A stretch of DNA of 64,000 nt from Neoechinorhynchus agilis (Eukaryota > Animalia > Acanthocephala): NCBI GenBank assembly GCA_051530055.1, contig CM121343.1, forward strand, positions 32,389-96,388, written 5' to 3'. This document shows positions 11,815 through 24,508 of this stretch, one piece after another. How positions within the stretch are numbered: the stretch's first letter is position 1; the number at the start of each line of letters is the position of its first letter. The notes beneath the pieces were generated by a model, which was given only the letters and a program-made list of their open reading frames with translations, did no database searches and was not told where the DNA came from. The translations under genes and the position numbers were made by a program.

Positions 11815-14470
11815 TGCATTCATGGGCCCGTCAAATCACGTTGTGGGGGATCTGGTCAAATCCCGCGATCACATCAACCGGCAACACCAGAAAATCCCTC
11901 GACGCTCCCCGATGACGTCGGCAGTCCTCCTTCCGCTGCTGATCTCGTGCGTGTTCTTCCCATGAACATTCTAAAACGGATATCCCAAAGGGCGCACGAT
12001 ATCTAGTAGCTAAAGGATTCACCACACTTTTGATGAACTGCTTCCATCGAAATTCAGAGTCCTTCTGGACACGGCTCTTTGCTTTGCCCAGACTTGTACT
12101 TTCCGCTGGCGACAGTTCGGAGGACTAACCCACTGCGGTAATCAAAAGACGCCTCGTTTCCTTTGAGGAAAATTTCTCGAGGACTCGTCGTTTAGCAAAG
12201 GAGCATCCCAAGCAACGTGCGAATGAGACTAACTGCCATCGAACATCTACGATACCGTTTGCTGAACGCGTATCTTCAAAACTCGCTGAGGGAGATATTC
12301 GGGGAGCTATCCGTATTTTGTCCTCCTCTGATACATTTGCAAGTGCTTCGCCTTCCACTCTTCAGGGTTTAAAGTTAAAACACCCGCAAAGTTCAAAACT
12401 AGCAGAAATTCCTACATGTTCCGTCCCTCAAAGACACTCCACTTCGACAGTTGAACTGAGAATGGTCATATCCTCCTTCGCCAAAGGCCCTGACCATGGT
12501 CTCGATGGGCTTCGTCCTGACACGTCGACCTTTTCACCGAAGAAAAATTACATCCGCGGGCAATTGAGTTATTTTTTGGCGCATCTTTGTGCGCTTTGAA
12601 CAAAAAGACGGGCGGGATTCGTCCCATCGCCGTTGGCTCGGCTATACGTCCGCTCACAGGTAAACTCCTTTGCAAGTGTATTGGAGAAGGGATAGAGCAG
12701 CAACTTCGCCCAGTCCAACTGGGGGCCGAAACCATTGTCCGCGCACTCCTCCAGTTTATCACCAATCGTTCAACGCCATGTGTGATTTTGAAGTGCGACT
12801 TTACAAATGCCTTCAATCCCATTCACCTTACCGCTCTGTTTGAGGCCCTCAAAAGTCACGCACCAGAAGCGACCTCGACTCCTTTGCTGTTCAACAACCA
12901 CCTCATTTGGTCCGAAAGAGGAGTACAGCAGGGAGAACTTCTCGGTCCAATCGCTTTCTCCCTTGCAGTGAATCCAATAGCGCACTCTCTCCAGCTTTAA
13001 CGCTTGGTACCTGGATGACGCTACGTTCGGAGGTGATCCCTCCGTAGTACTGCGCGATCAGGAGGCACTCGTAAGGGAGACTGCGAGGTTAGGCGTTTCG
13101 CTTTATGCACGGAAATGCGAATTGTTAACAATAAACATCGAAGACGAGTCAGCGCAGAGCAAAATCATCAAAGGTTTTCGAAATCTGGCACCCGGTTTAG
13201 AATTGATCACTCTAGACCGGCTGAGTCTTCTAGCGAGCTGCGTTTTTGATTCTAATGTGGAAAATGAAATCGACCATCTACTCCCGAACATCACGATGCT
13301 GTACAATAGAATCTTTCGTCACACGAGGCTCTATTCCTGATCAAGAATACGCTCTTCATCCCGAAACTACTTTATAAACTGCGTACGGCTTCCTTCTTCA
13401 AGCACGTCGATATGTTAAAGAAGCTCGATGACATTGTGAAGGCGTGTCTCGAGCACATTTTAAATATCCAGCTATCAGACGGGGCTTGACGACAAGCTTC
13501 ATTGCCTGAATCGTCTGGTGGCTTGGGTATATGAGAAACAGTAGATATGTCGTTGCCCACGTTTTTAGGATCATTCGAAGGAGTCAGAATCTCGCAAAAC
13601 GTATATTGGAACCCATGTTCTGTTTAGCGGACGAATTTCTAGTAGCGGTCAAGGAATGGTGGAAGAAGACGGGTTACAACCAAGTTCCCGTGAATGGCCT
13701 AAAACACTCTATCTGGGATAAACCTTTAGTCGCCCGAGCTCATAGTTCTCTAATTTCAGACTCTTGCGACGAGGTCGACGGGGCTAGATTGCTGGAAGTC
13801 TCTACAAGAGAATCGGGAGCATGGTTAGAAGCCCTACCCATTGCATCCGTGGGAACACTCCTCGTCGACGAAGTAGTTCGGATCGGAGTGCCCCTCAGAT
13901 TAGGTCTATCGATTTGTGTCGAACATCCTTGCCGATGTGGAATCATCGTGGATCTACTGGGGAGACATGGTCTTGCTTGCAACAAATCAGGGATCGTTTC
14001 TCGCGATGTGCTGAATTGAACGACGTAATTTCGCATGTTCTAAATACGGTAACGTCCAAAACATTTTAGAGCTAAGCAACCTGTGCAGGCTAGATGGTCG
14101 TCGTCCGGATGGCGTCACCGTATTCCCGTGGTGAGAGGGCACGCCCCGTGTGTAGACACGTTCCCGACAAGTAACAGGGGGTTTGTGGTGCAGTCCCCAG
14201 GAGGAGCGGCTATTGCCGCAGAGGACCGAAAGGTGGCGAAATATAAAGAATTAAGTAGGTCTCACGTTTTTGTACCCTTTGGAGTGGAGACTCTTGGTGC
14301 GCTCGGTAGCTCGGCACTACAAAGGAGTTATCGAGAAGACAAGAAATACAAGAGCTGGTGCATTCCTGCGCCAAAATTTTTTTCTCGCGATCCAAAAAGG
14401 AAACGCAGCGAATGTGGTCGCGACCACGGAGGGGAGAACGATGCCTCTTCTTCGTGGACGGTGGTGATTG
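11815..14470 (+). mobile_element. Second CRE-like RLE non-LTR retrotransposon, degenerate, head-to-head with the previous copy
   Basis: HGPVKSRCGGSG, GGIRPIAVG, KCDFTNAFN, GVQQGELLGP, WYLDD (around 13005), CRCG..DLLGRHGLAC, FVPFGVETLG and AIQKGNAA, with several stops and frameshifts. Confidence 0.9.
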
Positions 14471-14559
14471 TTGAAAAGTTTTGTTGTTGTCGGTGTAAAT
14501 GAAAGAGTTGCTTTCAAAAAACCCACTCCACCGTTATCTGCCGCCATATTTTTTCAGAC

Positions 14560-17085
14560 CTCGATATTCTTTCACGATGATCGGACTTGATATTACTGAT
14601 TCTTGTCGGTCACGTAAAAGAAGCTGCTCCGGCGCCCAGAAAGCTACTGATAGTAGCCTGTCGGTGACTTCAACGCGATTTTACCGCATTCCGAAAGATC
14701 GCTATATGCGTTGAAAGACGAGAATCGGAACAGCCGGTACTTGGTTGAGGCGCTGGAGCGGCATGATCTCGTGTCTGCTAACACTTTATTCCGGAAGCGT
14801 CCGTGGCGTTTGGCGGCGTTTATGGGTCAAGAGAATCCGTCCAAACGTGCCATGGGAAAAAATCCCAAGAGACGCTTAGCTCAGCTTGACCATATATTGT
14901 TGAGACGTAGGGAAAAATGTCGGATTAAAAACGCTGAAACATTCACAGTTGATGGGCTGCCAACCGACCACAAGTTGGTGATGTGTCAGTTGAGCATGAG
15001 TGACTCGTTGTTCCGTACGCCTCAGCATCCTCCACGTCCGTTCTATGGCGCCCTCGCTAATGAGGAGAAGAGGAAAGAGTTCGATATCGAACTAGAGAAT
15101 CAACTGAGCTCGATGCCAGCTGCTGAAACGGACATTGATTTTTATTACAAGTCAATCTGCGACGCAGTGACCGAAGCGGCCGAGAAAACCATCCCAAAAA
15201 TGAGGCGTATAAAAGCTGCAATGGTTATATGGCAGGAGGACTGTGAATTTATGGCAATGGCTGAGCAGATCAAAACTCTAAGAAAAAGAGGAAAACGATC
15301 TGAGGCTCGCATTGCAAGTCTTGAACTTGCCAACCTCTATAATGAAAAGCAAAAAGCTTCGATAGAGGATGCAGTTCGCGGGATCGCATATAAGGAAGGT
15401 TTTGTTCGTACCTCCTTAGCATGGAAAGCGTTCGATTGAAGGTCCCTCCACGGAAATCAGAAAAAAGAGAATCGCAAATTATTTTGCGGAAATTCTCAAT
15501 TCGCCATTATCGTCTTTGGAAGTGAGTCCTGCACTTCCAAAAAGCACAATCGCCCAAGATCTGAGGCATACTTAACTGGACCGATTTCCGTGAAGGAAGC
15601 GATCGCTGCGGCGAAAATGATGCGTGCGGGACGTGCATCAGACCCAGATGGGATAATGGCAGAGGTACTGAGGTTTGAATCTATTGCCGGAAAGATCATA
15701 CCGATAATGAATGGCGTAATAAGTGGTGGCTCAATACCTCAAATCTGGCAAACGGCGCATTTAACAATGATCCCCAAGGAATGCTGCTCGACAAAGGTGG
15801 AGGACTACAGAGGTATATCCTTGATGTCCAACACCGCAAAACGTTTCAGCAGCATTTTGAGACGCCGAATTCAGCCAATCTTCGAAGCGCTTCTAAGAAT
15901 TGAACAGAACGGCTTCAGGAAAGGTCGAGGCACCACAGAGCACATATTTGCTTTGAGGAGGATCCTCGAGGAGGCACGAATTCATCAAACGGATGTGACG
16001 CTGGTATTTGCTGATTTCCGCCGAGCTTTCGATTCGGTAAATCGAACGATGATTGGCGGTATCTTAAAGGAATATGGAGTGCCGCCGATCATTGTCACAT
16101 CCGCTTTGGCATTATATAAAAACACAATGTCCGCCGTCAAGACAGCTGACGGTTTGACAGAATACTTTTCCACCACTTCAGGTGTTCTGCAGGGCGACAC
16201 ATTGGCTCCTTTCCTCTTCATCTTGGTGCTTGATTGGGTAATGAGATGGGCACTACCGAATGATGAAGATGGATTTCTTCTGTTGAGGAAAAGAGGTCGC
16301 AGGTATCCTGAGATACGCGCCTCCTACATGGCATATGCCGACGACATCGTATTGATGTCCTCAACAGTCGAAGGAGCTCAACGCATGCTAAATGGACTGT
16401 GCGAGAGGGCGAGTATGATTGGTCTGACCATCAACTCGAAAAAGACGGAATTCTTGACGATTCCGCATGTCGCGCATACAGTCTCTGGCGAAGGGCGGAA
16501 TGGCGTTGAGCAATTAAAACAGATAGAGCGGTATGCCTATCTGGGAGCTGTCGTTCCTGAGGTGAGTGCGGATGTCAGCCGACGGAGAGCTATAGCTTGG
16601 AGAGCAATGGGGCAACTTAAACCACTGTTTGACAGTGAGTCTTTGCCAGATGAACTCCGTTCGCAGCTGTTCAGGGCTCTAATTGAGAGCATTCTCTACT
16701 ACAATGCAGAGACCTGGACACTGTCACCAACGGCGACGAGGCAGTTGGACCAAAATCATTCATCTCTCTTACGTGCGGCGTTAAAGGTCAGATGGTCAGA
16801 TAAAGTGACCAACAAAGCACTGTATAAGAGAGCCGGAGTCCAACCGCCCAGTGAATATTTGCGCCGCAGACGACTGCAGTTCATGAGCAATATAATTCGG
16901 TCCGAGGCATCTTGCCCACAGGTCGTGCAACAGTTCCTTTTATGGAAGCCAACGACATTGTATCGTAAAGGCAAAGGGAACTGTCGTACATGCGATGACC
17001 TGATTTTAAGAGACGCGAATTGTCCGCATAACAGGACTGCTGTCGTGTATTTTAGATCCCTTGCGGAGTCTAATTCTATTTGACG
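14560..17085 (+). mobile_element. RTE-type non-LTR retrotransposon (partial APE endonuclease plus RT), disrupted between domains
   Basis: GDFNA and QLDHIL APE motifs. The 497-aa ORF at 15590-17083 has YRGISL, EQNGFRKGR, DFRRAFDSV, GVLQGDTLAPFLF, YADD, YLG and LYYNAETWTL. Confidence 0.9.
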
Positions 17086-17094
17086 GGCTTATAC

Positions 17095-17520
17095 CTACGG
17101 TGCAACGTAGGAAAGTACCGCTGCATACAATACAATTCCAATGGCCAGAGGTGTTTGAGCCCAATGTCCCCATTTTTGACACTTGTTGCATTTTGGGTAG
17201 GTATAGTCATCTTGTTGTGAAATTTTGTTCATAAAGAATTTTACTTCCATAGATTGAAAGGAGCATGGAGATGTTGTTAGCTTGTCTTGAACATGAACAG
17301 GTGTTTTAACCACTGCCCGAGGAATCAGTTTCCCACGTAGTAAAGACTTTAAGAAGAATAACAGCTTACATCCGAAATTCTCCCCGAAAGCGACCCTGTC
17401 TTCATTATCTATCTCCGGTGAGAGGTCGGAAACGATGAACGTAGATGTATAACTTGGATCCATGTATTCCTTAAATATAGTAAGGAAAACTCCTGAATTG
17501 TTTCTCAAATAAATCGGAGA
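17095..17520 (-). mobile_element. Degenerate gag-like ORF1 (zinc knuckle) of a LINE
   Basis: CNKCQKWGH knuckle, followed after a frameshift by NCIVCSG. Confidence 0.5.
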
Positions 17521-18299
17521 TGAAGTGAATTTTCAAAACTCCACCATTGAGCAAAATTGACTTAATATGATTGTAATCGTCTTTGAGTGATTTGAGCTAC
17601 GGCGCTGCGTAAGCCTTGTTGAGGGATTCCCTGGGTTGAACGGGGTTCGTCGTTATTGAGATCGAAAATGGCCATTTTTTAACTTGGTATCGAGGTACTG
17701 TGAATCGCTTGAATTCGCACGATGTTGAGGTTTTTGTTGTATGTTCCCGAGGTGTTCATGACTCACTCCAGGAATGAAAGGTCCACCCGTGTCTTCGTCC
17801 GTATCCATTAATTCCGTCACTTGGTCGTCTTAACGAGTTTAATTCATTGTTTTAACATTATTTTCTGGTCGACATGAAAAAATACAAAATTAATGATTTG
17901 TCATCATACATATCCTACGATTGTATTTTTTTAAAGATTTCTTAAAAATTACACCATCCAATGAGATTATAAAATTACAAATACTTTCGTTTTAATAAAC
18001 CAATCCCATGAAAAGTTATCTTCTGACTGCTAAATATTGTGCAATAAGCTAAGAAAATTAAGAAACCTTTTACAAAAGTTTCAATTTAAAAAGCATTGTC
18101 GTGCGCCCTCTTGTAATGAAAATGCCACACTGCAGAAAACGCTAAAAACAACCACGAGAATGACTAAATCCTTGCCAAGCAATAGAAAAGGCAATGACAG
18201 GCTTAATCGCGAAATATTTATAATAACACGTGTTATTAATTTTTGTGTTTAAGAAATTCGACCCACGTACCTTTGTGTCCTCATAAACACGCAGTTATT

Positions 18300-19560
18300 C
18301 CGTTTTTGGTATGTCCTTTCGAGTGGGAATATCAGGTCATGTTACGTCCGTCCTTGTGGAATTGGCGGATATTATTTGCAGGAGTGCTTGTAAAGTTGGT
18401 CTTTGCTCAGTTTCACTTCAGATTATGATATCCGAGAAGATTGGACAGTGTAGAAAAAGGAGCGTGGATAAAGGGAAGTGCGATTTATAGGAGGATGAAA
18501 CGAATTAAAATTACGAATGCTGTGCTTGTGTAAAAGGGGGGCGATATGTGGTGGAATTTTGTTTGTATTATTAAAACAGTATTAAGGCATTCGGTGATAG
18601 GATGGAAGTCAGCTGTGCAAATTTTAGATGCTCTTTCATGAAACATTTCAAGACGACGAATTTGAGATTTAGATAGGTTGCAAAATGCGGGATATTCGTA
18701 GGTGAGTGAAGGTAAGATAAAGCAGAAGTAAAATTTGTAGAGGTCGGGTGAAGGGATTCCTAAATGTCGGAGGCGTTTGAGGAGATAAATTTTAAAAGTG
18801 TTGTGCTTGAGGGAGAGAGTGATGTGCCAGTCCAGAATTCTTAGGGATGTTACTCATGGGATGTCATTTAAAAGCTTAAAGGATGAAGTGGGGTCGCGGG
18901 AGAGAGGGATCATTTCGAAGCATTTAGAGAAATTGAGATGGAGTTTGTGATCGATGTAAAAGCCTTTTATGTGTGTGATTTCTTTAGAGGTTATGGAAAG
19001 AAAGAGGTGGGGTGGTGAACGGATGATGAGGGTGATATCGTCGGCATATAAGAAGAGTTAAAAGTGAGAAGAGAGAGGTTTGAGGTTGTTTAGAAAAGTA
19101 TTAAAGAGAAGTGGTGACAGCACAGTACCTTGAGGTACGCCTTTGGAGAGGGATAGGCTGATAGAAGAGGTAGAACGGCAGTGAATGTATTGTTGGCGAT
19201 TGAGAAGATAAGATTCGAGCCAGCGGATCTGCCACAGGTTGCGACCAAAGTCGGAGCAGGCCCAGAGGAGTGAGTGGTCCACTAAGTCGAAAGATTTAGA
19301 TAAATCAAGTTGAATGAGACGGGTGACGTGGGAGGGATTATTGTCGAGGTTTCGTAGGAGCGTGTCATAAATGCAAAGTAGGGCATCGGTTGCAGAAAAT
19401 CTGGGTCGGAAGCCAAATTGCAGGGGCCATACCAAATGGTAGGGGTGAAAAAATCTTTTAAACGGGATTATCACTAACACAATACAAATATTAGTGTGTC
19501 GTATTTTCAAGTTTGCATTGAAAATCTAAGTTAACTCAGGCTGGCAAAACTTTCACGTTT
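18300..19560 (-). mobile_element. CR1/L2-like LINE reverse transcriptase, 5'-truncated and degenerate
   Basis: QFGFRP, LDLSKSFDLVDH, GVPQGTVLSPLLF and LYADDI (about 19030-19050). Confidence 0.85.
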
Positions 19561-20100
19561 CAGTTAAATCCATAAACAAGGCGACTGAAAAAGGTTGGAG
19601 GCGTAAAAGGGATTCTTGTTTCTCAATCAAAATCGAAATACGGAGGGTATTCATCAAATAATGCGGATATGGTTAGGAAGCTAAGTGGTAACATTTGAGG
19701 AGTAGAATATTTCGGCAAGTAATTAAACTTGTAAATATAAATTTAGAAGCTCAGTGGTTAAGGAATTATAAAGAAGCTTCAATTTTTATTTTGAAACTAA
19801 TAAAAATTAAAATGTTGTTTGATTCTGCATAATCTTCAAAGCGCTAAGTCTAAAGTGGTTTTTCATTTTTTAAATCTCCGTTATAAAACGATAAAATCCG
19901 AACAAATTGTTGAATTTCCCTTATGTGATTAAAATAATGCATCGCCCGTTTCCCGTAAAATCTGTAGTCAAAAGTTCAAACAAAACGCAAGGGGAAATAA
20001 GCATGAATCTCTGTTAATCGAAGCTCCGCCGACAATCCAATCTTAGAAACAGAATTTAAAGCCCATCGTAAAAAATTTTCCGTTTTCATTCTGCCTTTCA

Positions 20101-21948
20101 TCAATCAGTTGACGAGATGTGCTTCTTAGCGCACGCCTCTTTCGCATTGGATACTTCGGCATTAGCCATAGCAATAGCCTTCATGAAATCGGACGGATCA
20201 TTGTGAGCCTCAAAACGAAGACAAAACTTCTCGATTAATCCGCGCTGATTTGTTGCAAACCAAGAGAAGCAATTCGGTCGCTTTTCACGTGCTACGAACT
20301 TAACGCTTGAATCAATTGCATGATTGACTATGATTTGTTGATCACCTTCTTTTTTAAAAATAAGCCGATATATCTTATCCTTGTCAGTACCCAATGTAAC
20401 AATTCCACGTCCACACTCTTTCCATTCTGCTTTGACAGATCCATCGAATCTATATAATATGCTGCATTGGCTCTTAAAAAGTATGTCGTCGATATAATCG
20501 TCGGTAGATTTTGCAGGTTCATATAATGGCTTGAGATCGGAACTAGGCATAGAAAAGTCTTTTTCTCTTTGCGAAATCGAGTTCGATTGTATGTCCGGCG
20601 ATTTGTTGCTCGCGAGGCACTTTGGCTTAATATCTTCTTCGACGGTGTCCTCATCAACAGAGCTTGCTACCTGGTTTCCAGTATCCGAGCTAGAAATTGA
20701 TTTAGTATCAAATTGCCTTTGAAAGGCATTGAACGGCGACAACGAAATCGATTCTTCAGTTGGAGATTCATGACTGAGCTCGGATTGATCATTATTCACG
20801 TCCGTGCGAAAATCCAATGAGCTACTTCTAATGGAAACTGGATCAGAGCTCAAATCGGCCTTTTTTGGTTCTTGATCAATGATTTTGGGTTCAAAACATC
20901 TATGATTAGATTTCACAGTGGGCTTTATCGACACCTCCTCGGCGACTGAATTTTCTTCACATGATATTTTATACACTTCACACGAATTCTCTTCTGTTGC
21001 GTTCAATTGCTCCGATGATACCAATTGTTCGTCACTTTCACCTTCAGGGAGTCCATTTTCACTATGATTTTCAATCAATAGATCCTTGGTTTCAGTTGAG
21101 GCGTCACGTTTGATCATTTCCCAACCTCCACCGGCCTTAGGCTTAATTATATGTGCGAACGGCATCGTTGCGTTGATTACTTCATTCGTAGAAGAGTATT
21201 GATTAAAACTCATTAACGGTTGATTATCCTGTGGATGCGATGGTGGAAGAAGACTATCAGGGACCAAAAAAGGCAAATCATTTTCCGTTGGTTGCAATGA
21301 CTGACAAAATGGCATCGTGGTTTGGTAGAAATAATTCGGTGGATTAGTCGCCATACAGAATGGAGGAGGCGGAGGTGCATTCGGTTGTTGGTATGTTGCT
21401 CGAATAGAAAGATTGGTCAATGCATTATCGATTTCTCGGACCTTCAACGTCATTTGATCGTAGATTGAATTTAAGTTCACTTTACGGTCATACGATTTCA
21501 TTCGATCCATAAACGACGTATTTGTCATTGATTGCATAGCTCGCTGATTCGAGACCGATTCAAACCGCATATCGCGCAATAGAGTCGTTATTCGACGAAC
21601 TGAATTTGTGAACGACGATATGGATGCTCCAATCTGATTGCCAACTACGTCCGTGAATTGGTCCAATTTATAGTTGATATCGTCCATGAAGTAAGCCATC
21701 GATCGGTTGGACGTCTTATTGTAGGTAGTCTTAAAATAATCATCTTGCGGAACATCGCCATCGGCATCATTGCCGAGCCATTCTTCGGGCGCTTGGTTGG
21801 ATCGCTGTTGGTTGTCCGGACCAAAATAATAAGTTTTGTGTTCATTGGATGCCATCTGAAAAGTTGAGAAAATCTCATAAGAAAACTCGCAATTGAGACC
21901 AACGGAAAGGCGCGGCATCTGAAAGGATCGCGCGCGCGCCTCGCTCAT
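20101..21948 (-). CDS. RanBP1-domain (RanBD) protein, up to 615 aa, apparently intronless; the true start may be the Met at 21853
   Basis: C-terminal RanBD: LFKSQCSILYRFD...EWKECGRG...RLIF...IVNHAI...FSWFA...KFCLRF. N-terminal helical segment and a long acidic/Ser-rich linker. Confidence 0.8.
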   Translation of the reverse strand: MSEARARSFQMPRLSVGLNCEFSYEIFSTFQMASNEHKTYYFGPDNQQRSNQAPEEWLGNDADGDVPQDDYFKTTYNKTSNRSMAYFMDDINYKLDQFTDVVGNQIGASISSFTNSVRRITTLLRDMRFESVSNQRAMQSMTNTSFMDRMKSYDRKVNLNSIYDQMTLKVREIDNALTNLSIRATYQQPNAPPPPPFCMATNPPNYFYQTTMPFCQSLQPTENDLPFLVPDSLLPPSHPQDNQPLMSFNQYSSTNEVINATMPFAHIIKPKAGGGWEMIKRDASTETKDLLIENHSENGLPEGESDEQLVSSEQLNATEENSCEVYKISCEENSVAEEVSIKPTVKSNHRCFEPKIIDQEPKKADLSSDPVSIRSSSLDFRTDVNNDQSELSHESPTEESISLSPFNAFQRQFDTKSISSSDTGNQVASSVDEDTVEEDIKPKCLASNKSPDIQSNSISQREKDFSMPSSDLKPLYEPAKSTDDYIDDILFKSQCSILYRFDGSVKAEWKECGRGIVTLGTDKDKIYRLIFKKEGDQQIIVNHAIDSSVKFVAREKRPNCFSWFATNQRGLIEKFCLRFEAHNDPSDFMKAIAMANAEVSNAKEACAKKHISSTD

Positions 21949-22365
21949 TCAACGGATGCGCGCCGTCAGAAACGAGTGGACAGTGCGCGCGCACAGTCGA
22001 GTGGTGCTTCATCCGACGATGACGTCACTAGGAAAAAATACGTACTCATTTGTTAAACGGCGCCCTCGCATTGAACGATGGTTGGAAAGGTAATTAAGAA
22101 AACCAATTAATGGAAAACTAAGAAGTGAGTTAGAATGAAGAATTCTTAGAATTCCTGAAAATGCCCAATTTTTAGCAGCCAGTGACGTCATCAGGAATCC
22201 CACAATGGCGCAAGTAGAAACCCACGACCCAAAACACAAAAATATTTGGATCGGACGCCTGTTTTTGTGTTTTTATTATTAATTTGCGATTCTTTCTGAG
22301 TCGGTGCGCGCATTTAAAATCCGCGATTAAGATATCTGCTTTGCACGCATGAGATTGACTCAATA
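21949..22365. promoter_or_regulatory. Putative bidirectional promoter between the RanBD gene and PEN-2
   Basis: About 417 bp between divergent starts; two palindromic TGACGTCA (CRE/ATF) motifs at 22020-22027 and 22183-22190, plus GCGCGC tracts. Confidence 0.55.
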
Positions 22366-22816
22366 ATGAGCGAAAATGTCCGACGGGGAAGCGAATATGA
22401 GTTGCAAAACGATGATACTTCACAAGGGCGTGAAATGGTCAACATATGTCGACGCTACTTTCAAGGTTATTCTGTAAATGTATTTATCTTCGATCTTTGT
22501 TTCACTTTAGCTGGATTATTCGCACTACCACTTCTTTGGTTAGTGAATTGCATTTGGTTTTTCCCAAGTGCTCGTATGGCTCCTGCTGTTTGTTCACGGT
22601 TAACTCCTAGTCAACGAGCCGATATTAGAAAATGTAGGTTCCTAAGTACTTTAAACTTTACTAATCTATTGAGAAGACGTCATCCGATCGGCGATTGGAT
22701 GTGTACTCTATACCGCTATTTTTTTGGTATGGAATATCGTGTTTCAACTTGAAAGGACAAAGTGGGGATTACGTGCAGATCAAATCACGTTCGTACTTCC
22801 TATTGATAAATTGTAA
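22366..22816 (+). CDS. PSENEN: Presenilin enhancer 2 (gamma-secretase subunit); exons 22366-22465, 22511-22633, 22677-22816
   Basis: Spliced product ...NICRRYFQAGLFALPLLWLVNCIWFF...DIRKYVIRSAIG...KWGLRADQITFVLP. GT-AG introns of 45 and 43 nt. Confidence 0.92.
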
Positions 22817-22981
22817 AATTTACAATAGTGAGTGTTGTTCAAATAAAAAAGTCAATAATATTATCTCATTTAAACACTCCACTTTTCATGGGGCCTTATC
22901 AATTTGCTTTCCCTTGAGGATATCACACGCGATTATTGCGTTTTTAAAGATAAAATCCATGAGTATGTGGCGGGGGGGGAA

Positions 22982-23300
22982 TTATATATCAAAGACTGAC
23001 TTTAATTGAAATATTTCGTTCTTATCGGGAGGTATCCTCAACTTTAGGGAATAATCTGTCCTGTTTCTCTCGAAAGTATTGGCTCCCTGAATGTACATGG
23101 CCTCGATAATAACACGCTCAATCTTATGGTCGTTAATATCAGCGGAGTTCGTGTCCTGTTTCTTTAGTCTCATCCTCCTCTCAAAGTTATTTGTCGGACC
23201 TTCACGAATGCTCTAATAGATCAGACAATGAGGTTGCTGAATTCCTTTTTAGATATTTGACTGATTGTGTCTTTGATTTCAATCGGGGGAATTCCAACTT
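22982..23300 (-). mobile_element. Penelope-like GIY-YIG C-terminal remnant
   Basis: KIERVIIEAMYIQ resembles the R.I.EA.YI tail of PLE endonucleases; hammerhead-like motifs lie next to it. Confidence 0.45.
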
Positions 23301-23309
23301 GCGAAACAA

Positions 23310-23345
23310 TACCTGAAGAGGTCTGCATGCGGACGAAAATTCGTA
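23310..23345 (+). ncRNA. Minimal hammerhead ribozyme motif (Penelope pLTR type)
   Basis: tac CTGAAGA g GTCTG-catg-CGGAC GAAA ATTC gta: 3-bp stem I, 5-bp stem II, palindromic AAUU stem III, UUC triplet. Confidence 0.7.
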
Positions 23346-23397
23346 CAAATAAATCAGTCATCGGGGAGGTTAATAAGGTTGCAACTATCAATATATC

Positions 23398-23436
23398 TGA
23401 CTGAAGAAGTCCAGTGTGATTGGACGAAATATTTCA
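23398..23436 (+). ncRNA. Second minimal hammerhead ribozyme motif
   Basis: tga CTGAAGA a GTCCA-gtgtgat-TGGAC GAAA TATT tca: 3-bp stem I, perfect 5-bp stem II, palindromic AUAU stem III. Confidence 0.72.
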
Positions 23437-23748
23437 ATTAAAGTCATTCTTTGATATAACTTTTTTACCCACCGCCACATATTACGTTTATCCCAAAATT
23501 TTGAATATCTACATCTAGCCTATCGATCTACTTGCAATCCTATTTAAAGTCACTGATCTTGCTCTAATCTAGAATTATGTTGTTAATTAGCGTATTATAT
23601 CGAATCAACGGAATTAATTGTATCTATAAAATTTTGAAGAATAAATGTGCTTTATTAAAAAAACGCATAGATTTATTTCAAATTGCATCTATTGCGTATT
23701 TTAAGAGGACGTCAATCTTTTTAATAGTTCTACCTCGAATAAACAATG

Positions 23749-23797
23749 CCGTCCTTTGAACCATTACACCAGGACGGCAGTTAAGTGATCCAGAGTG
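23749..23797 (+). mobile_element. Short 3'-terminal fragment of the CRE subfamily related to the 112-bp satellite
   Basis: CCGTCCTTTGAACCATTACACCAGGACGGCAGTTAAGTGATCCAGAG matches the satellite monomer and 42876-42925. Confidence 0.75.
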
Positions 23798-24508
23798 TAT
23801 TAAGTTATAAATTACAAAACTTTTCTTCCTATATTATCGCGTTCGGTTTAAACAGGGTCACATTTTTATAGACCTACAGCCAATCAGTTTACAGATGTTT
23901 AAAAAACCGTTGAAAAATGAGCGAATTGGAAGAGAAGTTTCACATTTGTATAATTGTTTGCATAAAACGCCGAATTGCCAACGGCAAAAGTATCCCTCAT
24001 CAAAAACTTTGATTTCTTTTCTGAAGTTTTTTATGCGCAATAGTCACAGTTTCAAACTTTTATTTGACAATTTTAAACACTTATCGAGCTTATACTTTTG
24101 AAGCGTGAATTTAAGTTTATATGAGTGGACTTTATAATATCAATAACGTCAACAAATCCTGCAATGCCTTACGGCTCAGTCGATATCTCATACTTTTCGA
24201 CCAATAAAGGACTGTCGCTAGTATACAGAATTATATGATCATGGGCTTTTGTAAAAACTGTATAATCACACCAGCAGCAGTTGGTAGAAATCAACGGACC
24301 TCGTAGCATAGGGATGTTGCCTCCTGTTCGCTTTTTTATATTAGCAACTAAAGGGCTCCATACGTCCTGCGGCCCAAAAATATCTTTGAAAAGAAGCAAC
24401 TGCCGATCTATGAAAAATAAATTTGAGGATCCGACGATCGAGTAGCTTTCTTGTAACCTTATAAGCAGATTTAGTGAATAGCTCCCGAGATCATTTTCAT
24501 AAATCATA

